A model generated the notes under the pieces. The model made no database searches and was not told where the DNA came from. It saw only the letters and a program-made list of their open reading frames with translations. Source: Somniosus microcephalus (taxonomy: Eukaryota). From it: a DNA stretch of 64,000 nucleotides. The stretch covers positions 36,890,001 through 36,954,000 of the forward strand of contig CM126233.1 in the NCBI GenBank assembly GCA_052327205.1. The letters run 5' to 3'. This document shows, in pieces, positions 26,541 to 38,899 of this stretch. Position 1 is the stretch's first letter. Each line of letters begins with the position of its first letter. Position numbers and translations under genes: made by a program.

Positions 26541-27552
26541 TATTTTTTATTCTTTCATGGGATGTGGGCGTTGCTGCCAAGGCCAGCATTTCTTGCCCAT
26601 CCCTAATTGCCCTCAAGACGGTGGTGGTGAGCCGCTGCCTTAAACCGCTGCAGTCCGTGTGGTAAGGGTGTTCCCACAGTGTTGGTAGAGAGGGAGTTTC
26701 AGGATTTTGACCCAGCGTCGATGAAGGATCAGCGATATACAGGTAGACTATCCTTTATCCAAACTTCCAAAAACCGAAACCCTCTAAAAACCGAAAGTTT
26801 TTTCGTTCAGCGTAAGTCGTGCGCACGACATGACCAGAGTGGCGCACAACTTACGCTGAGTAGGGCAGAGGGTCACTGAGTTCCCTCCTGGGTAGGAGAT
26901 TGCAGGCCGAGCCGGGCAGTGTGAAGGAGGTATACCGGGAGAGTGAACCCAACAATACAGTGGCCCGTCCGATAGCTGCAGCGGCCTGTCCGATATTCTT
27001 TTCTCCCCCCGCGACCCCCACCCTTTCGGATAAGGGATAGTGTATCCTTTATCCGCACTTCTGAAAACCGAAATCCTCTGAAAACCGAAAGTTTTTTCGT
27101 TCAGCGTCAGTCGTGCGCACGACCCCGACCCCCGCTGACCCCGACCCCCCCCCGACCCCCGACCCCCACCCCCGACAAATTTCCCAGTCTTATAAAATAC
27201 CTTCTGAAATCCGAAATTTTCCAAAAACCGAAACATGGCTGGTCCCGAGGTTCTCGGATAAAGGATAGTCTACCTGTACTTCCAAGTCAGGATGGTGTGT
27301 GACTTGGAGGGGAATTTGGAGGTGGTGGTGTTCCCATGCGTCTGCTGCCCTTGTCCTTCTAGGTGGAAGAGGTCGCAGGTTTGGGAGGTGCTGTCGAAGG
27401 AGCCTTGGCGAGATGGTACGCACTGCATCTTGTAGATGGTACACACTGCAGCCACGGTGCGCCGGTGGTGGAGGGAGTGAATGTTTAAGGTGGTGGATGG
27501 GGTGCCAATCAAGCGGCTGCTTTGTCCTTGATGGTGTCGAGCTTCTTGAGTG
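26541..27552 (-). mobile_element. CR1/L2-superfamily LINE 3' fragment, interrupted by a MITE
   Basis: SLHHRRTVAAVCTIYKM and SPRLLRQHLPNLRPLPPRRTRAA remnants; uninterrupted sister copy at 45416-45725. Confidence 0.8.
26740..27276. mobile_element. Young pogo/Tigger-type MITE (composite dimer)
   Basis: Perfect 21-bp TIR CAGGTAGACTATCCTTTATCC with TA TSD. The sister LINE copy has a single TA at the empty site (aaaaTActtccaagtcagg). Confidence 0.93.
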
Positions 27553-29772
27553 CTTTTATATTTTAATTTAGATTCTGAGGCTGGAATTTTCCGGGGGTTC
27601 AGCCAGCAGGATTGGTGGCGGGTCGATGGGAAAGTGGATTTTTTTGACAGCGGGTTCGGACCCCGCTGTCAACCTGCCACCACATGCCTTTCCCAATGTC
27701 AGGTCTGTCAGCATTGAGCAGACCCGAAAAGCAGCGGTGGGAAGGCAGAGGGATGGGGATATGATGAGAGGCACAGCAGGATGAAGGTGCGTGTGGCTTT
27801 GTACTCGCGTTTCGTGATCTAATGAGATAATTGAAAGGTTTGTGGCACTGCACCCAGGTCCTCTTGACGAAAGCATATGAAGGGAGTCATGGGAGAACCT
27901 CGGTGCAGCCCTGCACCTCTCCAATGATTCACTGTTTGCAGCACTGAAGTGCTGCAAAACACTGACAGCACAAATGTCAAAATAACGTTGGCGATGGTCC
28001 ATTTAAGGAAACCGGCTGATGACGTGTTATGAATGACGTCTCCAGACCTGCTTCCTCTAATTGAACCGGGAAATGCACTGGGCGGGCTTAACAAGCCCGA
28101 TCGAGGTAAATTCACTTTCCAGAACGGGATGGGGCCAGCAGAGGGGTCGGGACCTGCCACTGACTTCGCCTGCCCCGGGCTAGCTTCCGTTGTTAACCTG
28201 TTTTCTATAGGCTGACGACCCAGGTAAAACAGTCTCCTGGAATCCGAATTAAAAGAACAATAAAGAAGCAGATACAGTTGCACTTTCCATAACCGGCCAC
28301 TGAATAGCGATCAGGAGCTAGGACCTCGGCTGATTGATTCTCTTCCCACTTTTCTCAAACCCAAGGGCACTGAGGCCAATTACAACATCCCTACCGCTGC
28401 CCCAGGTGGGATCAATTAACTCAGCACAGACTGAGCCTGTGACCTTCCAGGTCTGTTTGGCTCACTGCCTTAATCAACCGAGCCATTTGGGATGTATGCT
28501 ACGCTCAAGCACAGAGCGCTTGTGTGTACATTTCTCGTACGTACAGTCTGCATTAAGGGAGTGAGTCCGAGACACCATCAAAGCTGAAGTGTTCCTGGCA
28601 GTGAGACCATTGGTATATTTCAGTGTAGTATTAACATGGACCTGGTTGCCTCTAAATCAATATCTGGTTAATATTTATCAATCTTCACCAAGTCTAATCC
28701 AGTTATAATAATATTGGTTTGGACCATATTAAACTTGGGGGAGTTTTTTTAAATGGCGGGAGGGTTACCTGGGAAATTTGATTGCAGCAATAAAGAGGGA
28801 GCTGCGATTCAGTTCCTTTGTGCTGTAGGTGCAGACCCTGGGTGTTTGCATATGATTAGAGACTGTGGAGATAAACTTTCGGCAGATATGCTGTAGGTGT
28901 AAAGCAATCTCATTGCATTGCAAATTCATTTCTAAAATGTCTGCTTAATAACTTCAGTGAAGAGATACACGTGCGATTTGCCGTGCATCCTTCTTTTAGT
29001 TGTTTAGTTACCCTGAAATGCCCACAGCTGCTTCCTGTATGACTTCACTCTGAAAGCATGGGGTCAGGGTTTACCACCAGGCTAATAAAAGAAGTCTCAG
29101 GGGTTCCTTTCTCCCAACCATCGCAGCTGTGAGAAACCTCTTATTTTGTGCTAAAACAGATTAGGAGTTAAATTTGCACATACCAGGGAAAGATGCATTT
29201 TTCTTCCCTTTGTTTAAATGACAAATTGACCGTGTTTGTTCAGACAGCAGACTGATTATGTCCTGGAGGAGTAAACTATATAATATATTAATATATATTT
29301 ATCTACCTCTGGTGAATCACCCATGTCATTGATCACAGATAACAATGAGGACATAAAGGCGGAGAGGTGAGACCCACACAATGCACTGAGGAAAGGCGAG
29401 GCAAGAAGTTGAGGGGAGGTGCTGCCACTTTACACAGAGCAATACGGATAGCTCTTTTAAGATATTCATTTTATAACATAAGAACATAAGATGTAGGAGC
29501 AGGAGTTGGTCATTTGACCCCTCGAGCCTGCTCCGCCATTCAATAAGATCATGGCTGATCTGATCTTGGCCTCAACTCCACTTCCCTGCCCACTTCCCAT
29601 AACCCTCGACTCCCTTACCTTTCTAAAATCTGTCTATCTCCACCTTAAATATATTCAGTGACCCAGCCTCCACAGCTCTCTGGGGAAGAGAATTCCAAAG
29701 ATTCACAACCTCTGAGAAAAGAAATTCCTCCTCATTTCCGATTTAAATGGGTGCTCCCTTATTCTGAAATTA

Positions 29773-30610
29773 ATTCAATTCAATTCAATTCAATTTTATT
29801 TGTCATATATGCAGCAAACGTGTGTACTGCACAATGAAATGTTGATTTTTACGAGTCCTCCCAACATTGGAATAAATATGGCATAACAATGATAAAAATA
29901 CTAATAGAAATACAGTAATAATAAATAAAACAACAGTAATAAATAATAAATTATTCGTTCATGAGTCTTATGGCCTGGAGGTAGAAGCTGTTTCGAAACC
30001 TGCTGGTACGAGACCGTATGCTTCGGTATCTCTTACCGGACGGGAGCAGGGCGAAGAGGTTGTGGCTGGGGTGGCTCGCGTCTTTGATGATTCTCAGGGC
30101 CTTCCCCCGGTATCTCTCGGGGTAGATATCCTGCACAGCAGGTAGTTTAATTCCTATAGTATGTTGTGCAGCTTTCACCACCATCTGTAGAGCCTTGCGG
30201 TCTGTGGCGGTGCAGTTGCCATACCAGGTAGTGATGCAGCCAGACAGGATACTCTCGATGGTGCACTGGTAGAAGTTGGTGAGAATCTGGGGGGCCATTC
30301 CAAATTTCTTCAGTCTCCTGAGGAAGAACAGGCGTTGGCATGCCGCCTTGGTTACGACGTCGATGTGATTGGACCACGTTAAGTCCTCCGTAATGAATAC
30401 ACCCAGGAATTTGAAGCTGCTAACCCTCTCCACCTCAGCCCCTTCGATGTAGATTGGGGTGTGTCCCTCCCCCTGCCACTTCCTGTAGTCCACGATCATC
30501 TCCTTTGTTTTGCTGATATTGAGGGAGAGGTTGTTGTGCTTGCACCATTCTGCTAGGGCTCTTACCTCCTCCCTGTAGCCTGTCTCGTCGCCATCTGTGA
30601 TCAGGCCTAC
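29773..30610 (-). mobile_element. Rex1/Babar-type LINE 3' fragment 1
   Basis: Open frame IVGLITDGDE...LNISKTKEMIVD...FKFLGV...QRLFFLRRLKKF...CTIESILSGCITTWYG (RT end plus DUF1891-type region); (TTGAA)n tail; AATTA direct repeat at 29768-72 and 30611-15. Confidence 0.9.
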
Positions 30611-31234
30611 AATTATGCCCCCTAGTTCTAGATTTCCCCACGAGGGGAAACACCCTCTCTGCATCCACCCTGTCAATCCCCTTCAGAATCTTATATGTTT
30701 CAATAAGATCCCCTCTCATTCTTCTAAACTCCAATGAGTATAGGCCCAACCTGCTCAACCTTTCTTCATAAGACAACCCTTTCGCCTCCAGAATCAACCT
30801 CATGAACCTTCTCTGAACTGCCTACAATGCAAGCATATCCTTCCTTAAATGGAGACCAAAACTGTACGCAGTACTCCAGGTGTGGTCTCACCAACGCCCT
30901 GTACAGTTGTAACAGGATTTCCCTACTTTTATACTCCAATCCCTTTGCAATAAAGGCCAACATTCCATTTGCCTTCCTAATTACTTGCTGTACCTGCAAG
31001 CTAACTTTTTGTGATTCATGTACGAGGACACCCAGATCCCTCTGTACCTCAGCATTTTGTAATCTCTCCCCATTTAAATAATAATTTGCCTTTTTATTTT
31101 TCCTACCAATGTGGATAACCTCGCATTTTCCCACATTATACTCCATCTGCCAGTATTTTGCCCACTCAATTAGCCTATCTATATCCCTTTGGAGATTCTT
31201 TGCATCCTTCACACAATCTGCTTTCCCACCTATC

Positions 31235-32188
31235 ATCATAATAATAATCAACTTTATTGTCATTGTTAGTGCACAAGTGCAGTACAACGAAATGTAGGCT
31301 TGCGGCTCCCGAGAGTGTACATTTAGATTAAGACATTTAAACATTCAACATACATTTGGCTTGTAATACATTAACATAAACATAACCATAATAAAGTGCA
31401 TTGGCAGATGTGCAGGCTTTAGAGTTTATTTGTGGAGTTCAGCAGGATGACAGCCCTGGGAAAGAAGCTGTTCCTAAATCTGGTCGTTTGGGTGCGAATG
31501 CATCTGTAGCATCTCCCAGGTGGCAGGAGGGCGAACAGACTGTGGCTGGGGTGGGCAGGGTCTTTGATGATGGTCCGTGACCTCCGTAAACAGCGTTTCT
31601 GGTATATGTGCTCTATGGTCGGTAGCCGGGTGCCGGTAATGCGTTGGGCAGTTTTGACTACCCGCTGCAGGGCTTTCCGGTCATAGTAGCTACAGCTGCC
31701 ATACCATACTGTGATACAGTTCGTCAGGATGCTCTCTATTGTGCAGCGGTAAAAGTTAGAGAGGATCAGGGATGACAGGTTACATCCCTTCAGCCTCCTC
31801 AGGAAATATAGGCGCTGCTGGGCCTTCTTCACCAAAGAGGAGGTATTGAGGGACCAGGAGAGGTCTTCCGTGATGTGGACTCCGAGGAACTTAAAGCTGT
31901 CCACCCTTTCCACCACAGCCCCATGGATGTGAATGGGGGTGTGACTTCCGCCTTTAGACTTCCTGAAGTCCACAATGATTTCTTTGGTTTTCTTGATGTT
32001 AAGGGCCAGGTTGTTATCGGCGCACCACTTCACGAGATGCTGGACCTCCTCCCTGTAGGCTGACTCATCGTTGTTGGTGATCTGGCCTACTACCGTGGTA
32101 TCATCCGCAAACTTGATGATGGCGTTGGAACCATGAACAGCCACACAGTCGTGGGTGAAGAGGGAGTAGAGGAGGGGGCTCAGCACAC
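31235..32188 (-). mobile_element. Rex1/Babar-type LINE 3' fragment 2
   Basis: Open frame [15 protein letters not shown]...[10 protein letters not shown]...KAQQRLYFLRRLK...NSFFPRAV; (ATT/GAT)n tail; ATC direct repeat at 31232-34 and 32189-91. Confidence 0.9.
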
Positions 32189-33114
32189 ATCTTTGTATCA
32201 TCAGCAAATTTGGCTACATTACACTCAGTCCCTTCATCCAAGTCATTAATATAGATTGTAAATAGTTGAGGCCCTAGCACTGATCCCTGTGCCACCTGAA
32301 AATGACCATTTATCCCGACACTCTCTTTTCTGTTAGTTAGCCAATCCTCTATCCATGCTAATGTATTACCCCCAACCCCATGAGCCCTTATCTTGTGTCG
32401 TAACCTTTTATGTGGCACCTTATTGAATGCCTTCTGGAAATCCAAATACACTACATCTACTGGTTCCCCTTTATCCACCCTGCTCGCTACATCCTCAAAT
32501 TTGTCAAACATAATTTCCCTTTCATAAAACCATGCTGACTCTGCTTGACTATATTACGATTTTCTAAATATCCTGCTACCACTTCCTTAATGATGGACTC
32601 CAGCATTTTCCCAATGACAGATGTTAGTCTAGCTGGTCGATAGATCTTGCTCTCTTTTTCCTGCTTTTGTTTCTTTCCTTCTGCCTGCTTTATTTTCTGA
32701 GCTCCTTCCCCTTTTCCTCCCTGTTTAGTTTTAAAAAAAATCATTTTTCCCCTTGCCCCCTTGATTCTCTGTACTCTCTTTCATCCTACTGTTTGTTTTT
32801 AGTTTTCTTCTGTTGTTTTTGCTGTTTGCAGATTTTCTTTCTCTCACTTTTCAGGCCTGATTGAGTCTGAGCCCTGGAGTAGGGGAAGCATGTGTCAGGC
32901 TGACTCGTGAGCCACTAGTTTATCCTTTCCCACAATATCAAAGTGTGAAACTCCTCTCCTGCAATCTTCTCTTCTTCCTGCATTTTCCGACTTTAAACCC
33001 AAGCTTGGCATCACGTGAACACAACTTCTTGATTTTACTTGGGTCTCCTGCTGTTTTCAGCCTTGGCCCTTCTTGCACTACAGGGCTTGCCCTTTACCTG
33101 GGTTTCTCGAGTTA

Positions 33115-33385
33115 ATTGGCGAAAGAACCAGAGGCGACATGAGGAAAAACATTTTTATGTAACGAGTGGTTAGGATTTGGAATACACTGCCTGATGGGGC
33201 GTGGATACAGATTCAGTCGTAGCCTTCAAAAAGGAATTGGTTAAATACTTGAAGGAGAAAAAAGTTGCAGGGATATGGGGAAAGAGCGGGGGAGTGGGAC
33301 TGACTGGATTGCTCTTCGAAAGAGCCGGCGCAGACTCGATGGGCCAAGTGGCCGCATTCTGTGCTGTACTGTTCCATGATTCTAT
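33115..33385 (+). mobile_element. CR1 LINE 3' fragment
   Basis: atgaggaaaaac...gtggttaggatttggaat...; AFKKELVKYLK remnant; ccatgattcta tail. Confidence 0.82.
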
Positions 33386-33909
33386 AAGTAGAATATTGAG
33401 CAGGATTTTAAGACCAGAAAAGCCTTTGTTCTTTTTGTACTAAATATTTCTGTTGTGATTCCATTTGAGAGTCAGAATTTATTTCTCACTCTCGTTTCAG
33501 CTTTTTTTTGTTCTGTTCTTTTGATCTCACATTTTCATTGTCTAGACTCACTGAGGGTCTGCTTCAGGCTATCAATAGTGGGCTTTTAATAGTTTCTCCA
33601 TCTGAAGAATCCTATTTAAATACACGTGCATGGCAGACATGATACTGGACACTAGGCTAGTTAAATGAAAGTGGAAAATGTAAAGCAGACCGATCTGAAT
33701 AAAGACAGCTAAGAGCATTAATGGACCTTGGTACAATGCTGGCCCCACTTCACATGTACTGTGCATGGAAGTAATTGTATTCCTTCCAATGAGAATTATT
33801 ACCAAATTATTTCCATTCATTGAATTAACTTTTTCTGGGTATTGTGACTTCAATACAGTGTGACTGGTGCTAAAGGCAGTGAACGACTGCTAATAACTGA
33901 GTGAGCAAA

Positions 33910-33997
33910 AGCTAGATCAAGGCTGATATTGAATGGCGGAGCAGACTCGAGGGGCCGTTTGGCCAACTCCTGTTCCTATTTCTTATGTTCTTATGTC
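33910..33997 (+). mobile_element. CR1 3' tail fragment
   Basis: gaatggcggagcagactcgaggggccg...ttcttatgttcttatgt. Confidence 0.75.
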
Positions 33998-34053
33998 CTG
34001 ACACTGAAATGGAGCAACCATAGTCTTCCATTCAAGAGCAACGTTAATGAAAC

Positions 34054-34184
34054 AAAAGCAAAATACTACAGATACTGGAAATTTGAAATAAAACAGAAAA
34101 TGCTGGAAATGCTCAGCAGGTCAGGTAGCATCTGTGGAGAGAGAAACAGAGTTAATGTTTCAGGTCGATGACCTTTCATTAGAA
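34054..34184 (-). mobile_element. Solo Penelope-like terminal repeat
   Basis: Near copy of 34384-34514; hammerhead core mutated (CTAATGA). Confidence 0.8.
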
Positions 34185-34383
34185 CATTAATGAAGTAATC
34201 GCAAATTCATTGTCGCTAAACTTGTATAACACATTGTGACTATACATTATAGGAAAAATCGCACTTGAAACAATAGACAACGTCGTGCGATACACTTATG
34301 TTACAGGATTTGAAGAGAATGCATTTGCATTTTGTGTGGAACCCTTTGTCGGAACTTAAGCCAGTTCCGATGAAGGGTACAAT

Positions 34384-35560
34384 AGCAAAATACTGCGGAT
34401 GCTGGAAATCTGAAATAACAACAGAAAATGCTGGAAATGCTCAGCAGGCCAGGCAGCATCCGTGGAGAGAGAAACAGAGTTAACGTTTCAGGTCTGGGAC
34501 CCTTCGTCAGAACTGGAAAAAGCTGGAGATGTAACAGATATTAAGCAGGTGCAGAGGGGGGGAAAGGGGGGAGGGGAGGAAAGAACAAAAGGGACGGTCT
34601 GTGATAGGGTGGAAGGCAGGAGAGATTAAATGTTGCAAATGGGGATGGCAGAATCATCAACAGCTGCCGCCTGAAAAAATAGGGGCAGGGGTTATAGTCT
34701 GAAATTGTTGAACTCCGTGTTGAGTCCAGAAGGCTGTAAAGTGCCGAATAGAAAAATGAGGTGCTGTTCCTCGAGCTTATGTTGAGCTTCATTGGAACAG
34801 TGTAAGATGCCGAGGACAGAGAGATCAGAATGGAAGTGGAGCGGAGAATTAAAGTGACAGGCGACCGGAAGCTCGGGGTCACCCTTACGGACTGAATGGG
34901 GGTGTTCCGCAAAGCGGTCACACAATCTGCGTTTGGTCTCCCCAGTGCAGAGGAGACCGCATCGTGAGCAGTGAATGCAGTATACTAGATTGCAAGAAGT
35001 ACAGGTAAATCACCGTTTCACCTGGAAGGAGTGTTTGGGGCCCTGGACTGTGGGAAGGGAGGAGGTATAAAGGCATGTGCTGCATCTCCTGCGCTTACAT
35101 GGGAAGATGCCGTGGGAAAGGGAAGGGGTGTTGGGGGTGGGATCACGCTGGAGATAGCGGAAATGGCGGAGGATGATCCGTTGAATATGGAAGCTGGTGA
35201 GGTGAAAGGCGAGGACAAGGAGAACCATATCGTGGTTCTGGGAGGAAGGGGAAGAGGTGAGAGCAGTAGTGCGGGAAATGGAACGGACCCGGTCAAGGGC
35301 CGTGTCAACCACTGTAGAGGGGAATCCTCGAGTGAGGAAAAAGGAAGACATATCAGAAGCACCAGTATGGAAGGTAGCATCGTCAGAACAGATGTGGCGG
35401 AGATGTTGAAACTGAGAGAATGAAATAGAGTCCTTGCAGGATGATGGGTAGCTAGCCAAAGTGTTAACCTGCCTTTGACCTTTCTGATGCTGACAAGCCT
35501 GCTGTGTATTTCCAGCATTTCCTGTTTTTATTTCGGATCTCTAGCATCCGTGGTTTTTCT
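34384..35560 (-). mobile_element. Penelope-like retroelement, 5'-truncated, with inverted terminal piece at 35460-35560
   Basis: RT thumb (SCKDSISFSQFQHLRHICSD) then GIY-YIG endonuclease remnant (FTCTSCNLVYCIHCSRCGLLCTGETKRRL...PVACHFN...KLEEQHLIF...QPSGLN). Confidence 0.92.
34478..34514 (-). ncRNA. Minimal type-I hammerhead ribozyme motif in the Penelope terminal repeat
   Basis: Minus strand reads AGUU-CUGACGA-agggucccagaccu-GAAAC-GUU-AACU: both core boxes, stem II, palindromic ACGU stem III and 4-bp stem I. Confidence 0.7.
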
Positions 35561-35599
35561 TTTCTTTTTAACTGACATTTCTCTCATTATTTTACACAG

Positions 35600-35743
35600 T
35601 GACCTGCACGGGACAAGCTGGAATGGCAGAACAGGGGTTCAGCCTGCAAGGCTTCCTTCTGGCCATTCCCTGATTGAAGATGAGGGGATTTTTCTGAGTT
35701 CTGCTAGCACCAAGCTGTTGGAGAGGGCTCACGGCATCCTGAT
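35600..35743 (+). CDS. MYO9A: Myosin IXa exon (loop 2), (R)DLHGTSWNGRTGVQPARLPSGHSLIEDEGIFLSSASTKLLERAHGIL(M)
   Basis: acacag| and |gtgagt; 144 nt, phase 2 to 2. WNGRTG and KLLERAHGIL are conserved. Confidence 0.94.
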
Positions 35744-38550
35744 GTGAGTATGCAGCTTCTTGTAACCTTCCTGGAAATGCGAACAGCCTTCACACACAGA
35801 GAAGCATACTTTGCAGACTTTCATATAAATACTTAATCTTGCTATTTGAACATTTAATGAAAGGATATTGTTTGTAGTATCTGTTTTAACAGGCGAAGTT
35901 GTAGGCTAAAATACAAAAGGAATAAATCGAATCTAATTTGCTTTTTAAAAAGTAATCCTAATTCTGCATCTGTGCTGTGTTGACTGAGGCTAATTGCAGT
36001 GACAACAGCAGTGTTACCACTCCAGTTAGCCTCAGTACCTCTGGGTTAGGGAGATGGGAAAGATCAGCCAGGGTTCCTGCCCCTGAGTCGGTGACCCCTG
36101 TTGGAATGTGAGTGCTGGTGATGGACTTAACTGGGAATGCCCTCCATGGTTGAATACTTTGCCAACACTCACAGTGCAAGGTCACAAATAAAGAGTGGTC
36201 ACTTGGGCCAGGCACTGGAGGAGGGCCGGTGCCTGTGGAACTATAAACCAGCAAGGGTCAGTGCCTTCAGGAGCGAAAACTGGGAAGAAAGAGTAACATT
36301 AGGTACGGATATAAATCTTCCGAAATACCGAACTTTTTCTGGGAGTAAATCACCAATTTATTTGCCAGTCACCAGTACAGTTGTATTGGCTACATATGTA
36401 ATAGGAATAGACCTGGGTTTTGGCGGCGTTTGCGCTGAGGCACTGTTATAATTCTGGTGTGTTGCACTGTGGAGTGTGAGGCACAGTCCTCGCCAACAGT
36501 CTCTGGTGTAACACCAGGCAGAGGTGTGCATCATTGCCCCGTGGGATGTGGGAATATCAGTAGGGGTCGCACTGGGACAATCTCCGTGCCATTCCTTCCA
36601 AGTGCCTGGTTTTGGAGGAGATGCGGAGCAGCTCGCCAGGTGTCTCAGTCAGGAACACTAAATGGTGCAAGAAGAAAGGAGAAACGCTTCCTTTTAAAGG
36701 GACTCTCACCTGCACCAAGAAAATGCCTCAAGCTAGTGAGAGGCTGGAAGAAAATTACTTGCAGAGGTGACGTGGTCCAGCTGTATTAGTCTTAGATTGG
36801 CAGTGTTTCTTACAAATGTCGTCTTCATTTAATAAAAAACACACACATTGGAAACTAAAGGGACTAATGTTAAAAGTTTGCTTAGTAAGCATTTCCACAT
36901 CAGTGTGAAGAATGGTCACATTCCCCCCTCACCCCTCCCTTAATTCTTCGTGTGCCTGTCCATTAAGAACATCAGTAGCAGTCTGTACAGTTTTAAGAGT
37001 TTAAAATCATTCGATACTCAAGTTTGGATGGCATCTGTACGGTTGCCACCCCTACAAGGCTGAAAAACATTCTAAAATGGGCACGTGGCTTTAGTTCCCA
37101 CCATGTGCTAGTTATTAACGCGCTTGTTTAACGAGTTCACGCAAATAAAATAAACACCCGCATTAAAATTGCACAGACAGGAATTTTTGCAAATGAATTA
37201 ACTGGTGCAACAAGAGTTCAGCACTGAAGGAATGAAACCCAAAAATGTGCATGTTTGAAAATAGAAAGTTATTTTTTCTACATGTTACATTATCCTTGGT
37301 GGCCATTCTTTCTGAGCCGTAATACTCCTGCCTGATCTACCTCAGTCCTTTCCCTGTTGAGCTATGGTGCCAAGAGGTGGTAGCCCGGGCCATCAGATGC
37401 CTTCCTTACGGGAATGGTTTTCAAGCTGCAAGGACATCAAACTTCTCTTGGTCTGCAGCCTGACAACACTGTACACCAGATTGACAGTGTCGCAAGAGTT
37501 TTCTGTTCTGTTTCTTTTTCTACATTTCTCTGTTTATTGACTTACTAGCACATTATTTCTATAGCTGTACATTAATAATAAAAGCAGTTCCTGCAATAAT
37601 GGGGCAAAGAAGCGGGCAGGCAGGCAGTTAAAATGGCCGCAGCGACTTGCCCCCTCCGATCCCGCCGTTGCAATTTTAACCTGCTCTTCTGAGCAGGTGA
37701 GCGTGACATCTGCCAGAAGGCAGTGTGGTCCCTCTTTAAATATGCAGACTGAGCTTCAATTATGTCATTGGGACCTCCAACTGCAATTTTAACCCAAGCC
37801 CAATGCGGGGAAATTGTGGCGGCTTCCCCGCCAGGCCACCCTGGTGACAAGTGAACCTGGGGCAAGAGGAAGCCTAGGGAGTTAAGTTATTTTAAACATT
37901 AAAAAAAAATGTTTCCCTGTGGACAAGGAGGATCAGCAATGCCTTCCTTACCCTAATTTCCGCTCTCTTTTCCTCCTCCCCCTGGCCTGCGAAGCCCTTC
38001 CGACCCCCCTCTTAACCTGAGTGCAGGGGTCCATTGCTTCGGATCAATGGTGACTGGCCTCCTGTCGGATGAAATCCCAGTCCCACTCACCGGCCAGCTA
38101 GCATTTCCCACTGGTTTCGGGAAGAAGACTGACTGGGCCCATGCAGATGAAGACTGGGATTTAAAATCTCCTGCAGAGCTCGCTGCAGAGGGTCGGGGGG
38201 GTTCCCAGCCGCCTTGGCCCCCGCCTGAATTACCCTCGCCTGGAGCTAAAATTGGGGCTACTGTTTTCCTTTGGACAGCTGGCACTTGTTTGGAAATTAG
38301 GACAAGGGGCTTCCTGAGATTGTGGTAATATTTGTGGTGGTCTCTGGGGGTGCATCTATATTTGGATCCTTGGGAGTTTGTCAATAATTACAGATGGCCT
38401 TTATACGGAAAAGTTTGCTAATGACTATCCCAGGAAGTGTGATTGAAGAAACCCATTGAACGGTTTGTTTTAGTGCCACTGACTGTTGCTGCCTCAGTGG
38501 CACCATTGGGATGTGCTTGCTGTGTAACACCTGTTGTGCTCTTTCACTAG

Positions 38551-38590
38551 GAGGAATAGGAACTCCAAAACCAAGCCTGTTCTGCCAAAG
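38551..38590 (+). CDS. MYO9A: Myosin IXa 40-nt exon, (M)RNRNSKTKPVLPK
   Basis: ttcactag| and |gtgaga; phase 2 to 0, exactly what is needed to join the flanking exons. Resembles recalled RNKNFKSKPALPK. Confidence 0.92.
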
Positions 38591-38899
38591 GTGAGAATGT
38601 GAACCCTTCATCTTTATCTTTCTCCGTACGAGTTGAATCAGTCCCTTTTCCATGTCTTCCGGGTAAAATTATAAATTGTGCTGTCTAATACTCATTGTAT
38701 TTTCTGCAAATGCTAAAGTGACTATTCAAGTGACATTTTTAAAATTTCAAATTGGGCAATAAGATTTTGTTCCCCAGTTTTTCCTCTCCTTCCCCCTCGA
38801 AGACACCGACCCTTGTGGGGTACAGTGCAGGCCTCACCACTGGTACTTAATCCACACATCTATTTGTGAGCCCAAACAGTGAGTTTCAGCAAGCTGTTC

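Larger units (their letters stand above)
29474..32643 (-). mobile_element. 5'-truncated CR1 LINE split into three pieces by two Rex1/Babar insertions
   Basis: [43 protein letters not shown] and LVRPHLEYCVQFWSP; octamer tail (acataaga)n at left. Confidence 0.95.

Noticed and set aside
29951-32207. ALKBH8-like or novel RT gene (ORFs of 241, 192 and 262 aa)
   Set aside because: DUF1891-type similarity comes from Rex1/Babar LINEs. The ORF starts are chance read-throughs across TE junctions and all pieces are 5'-truncated.
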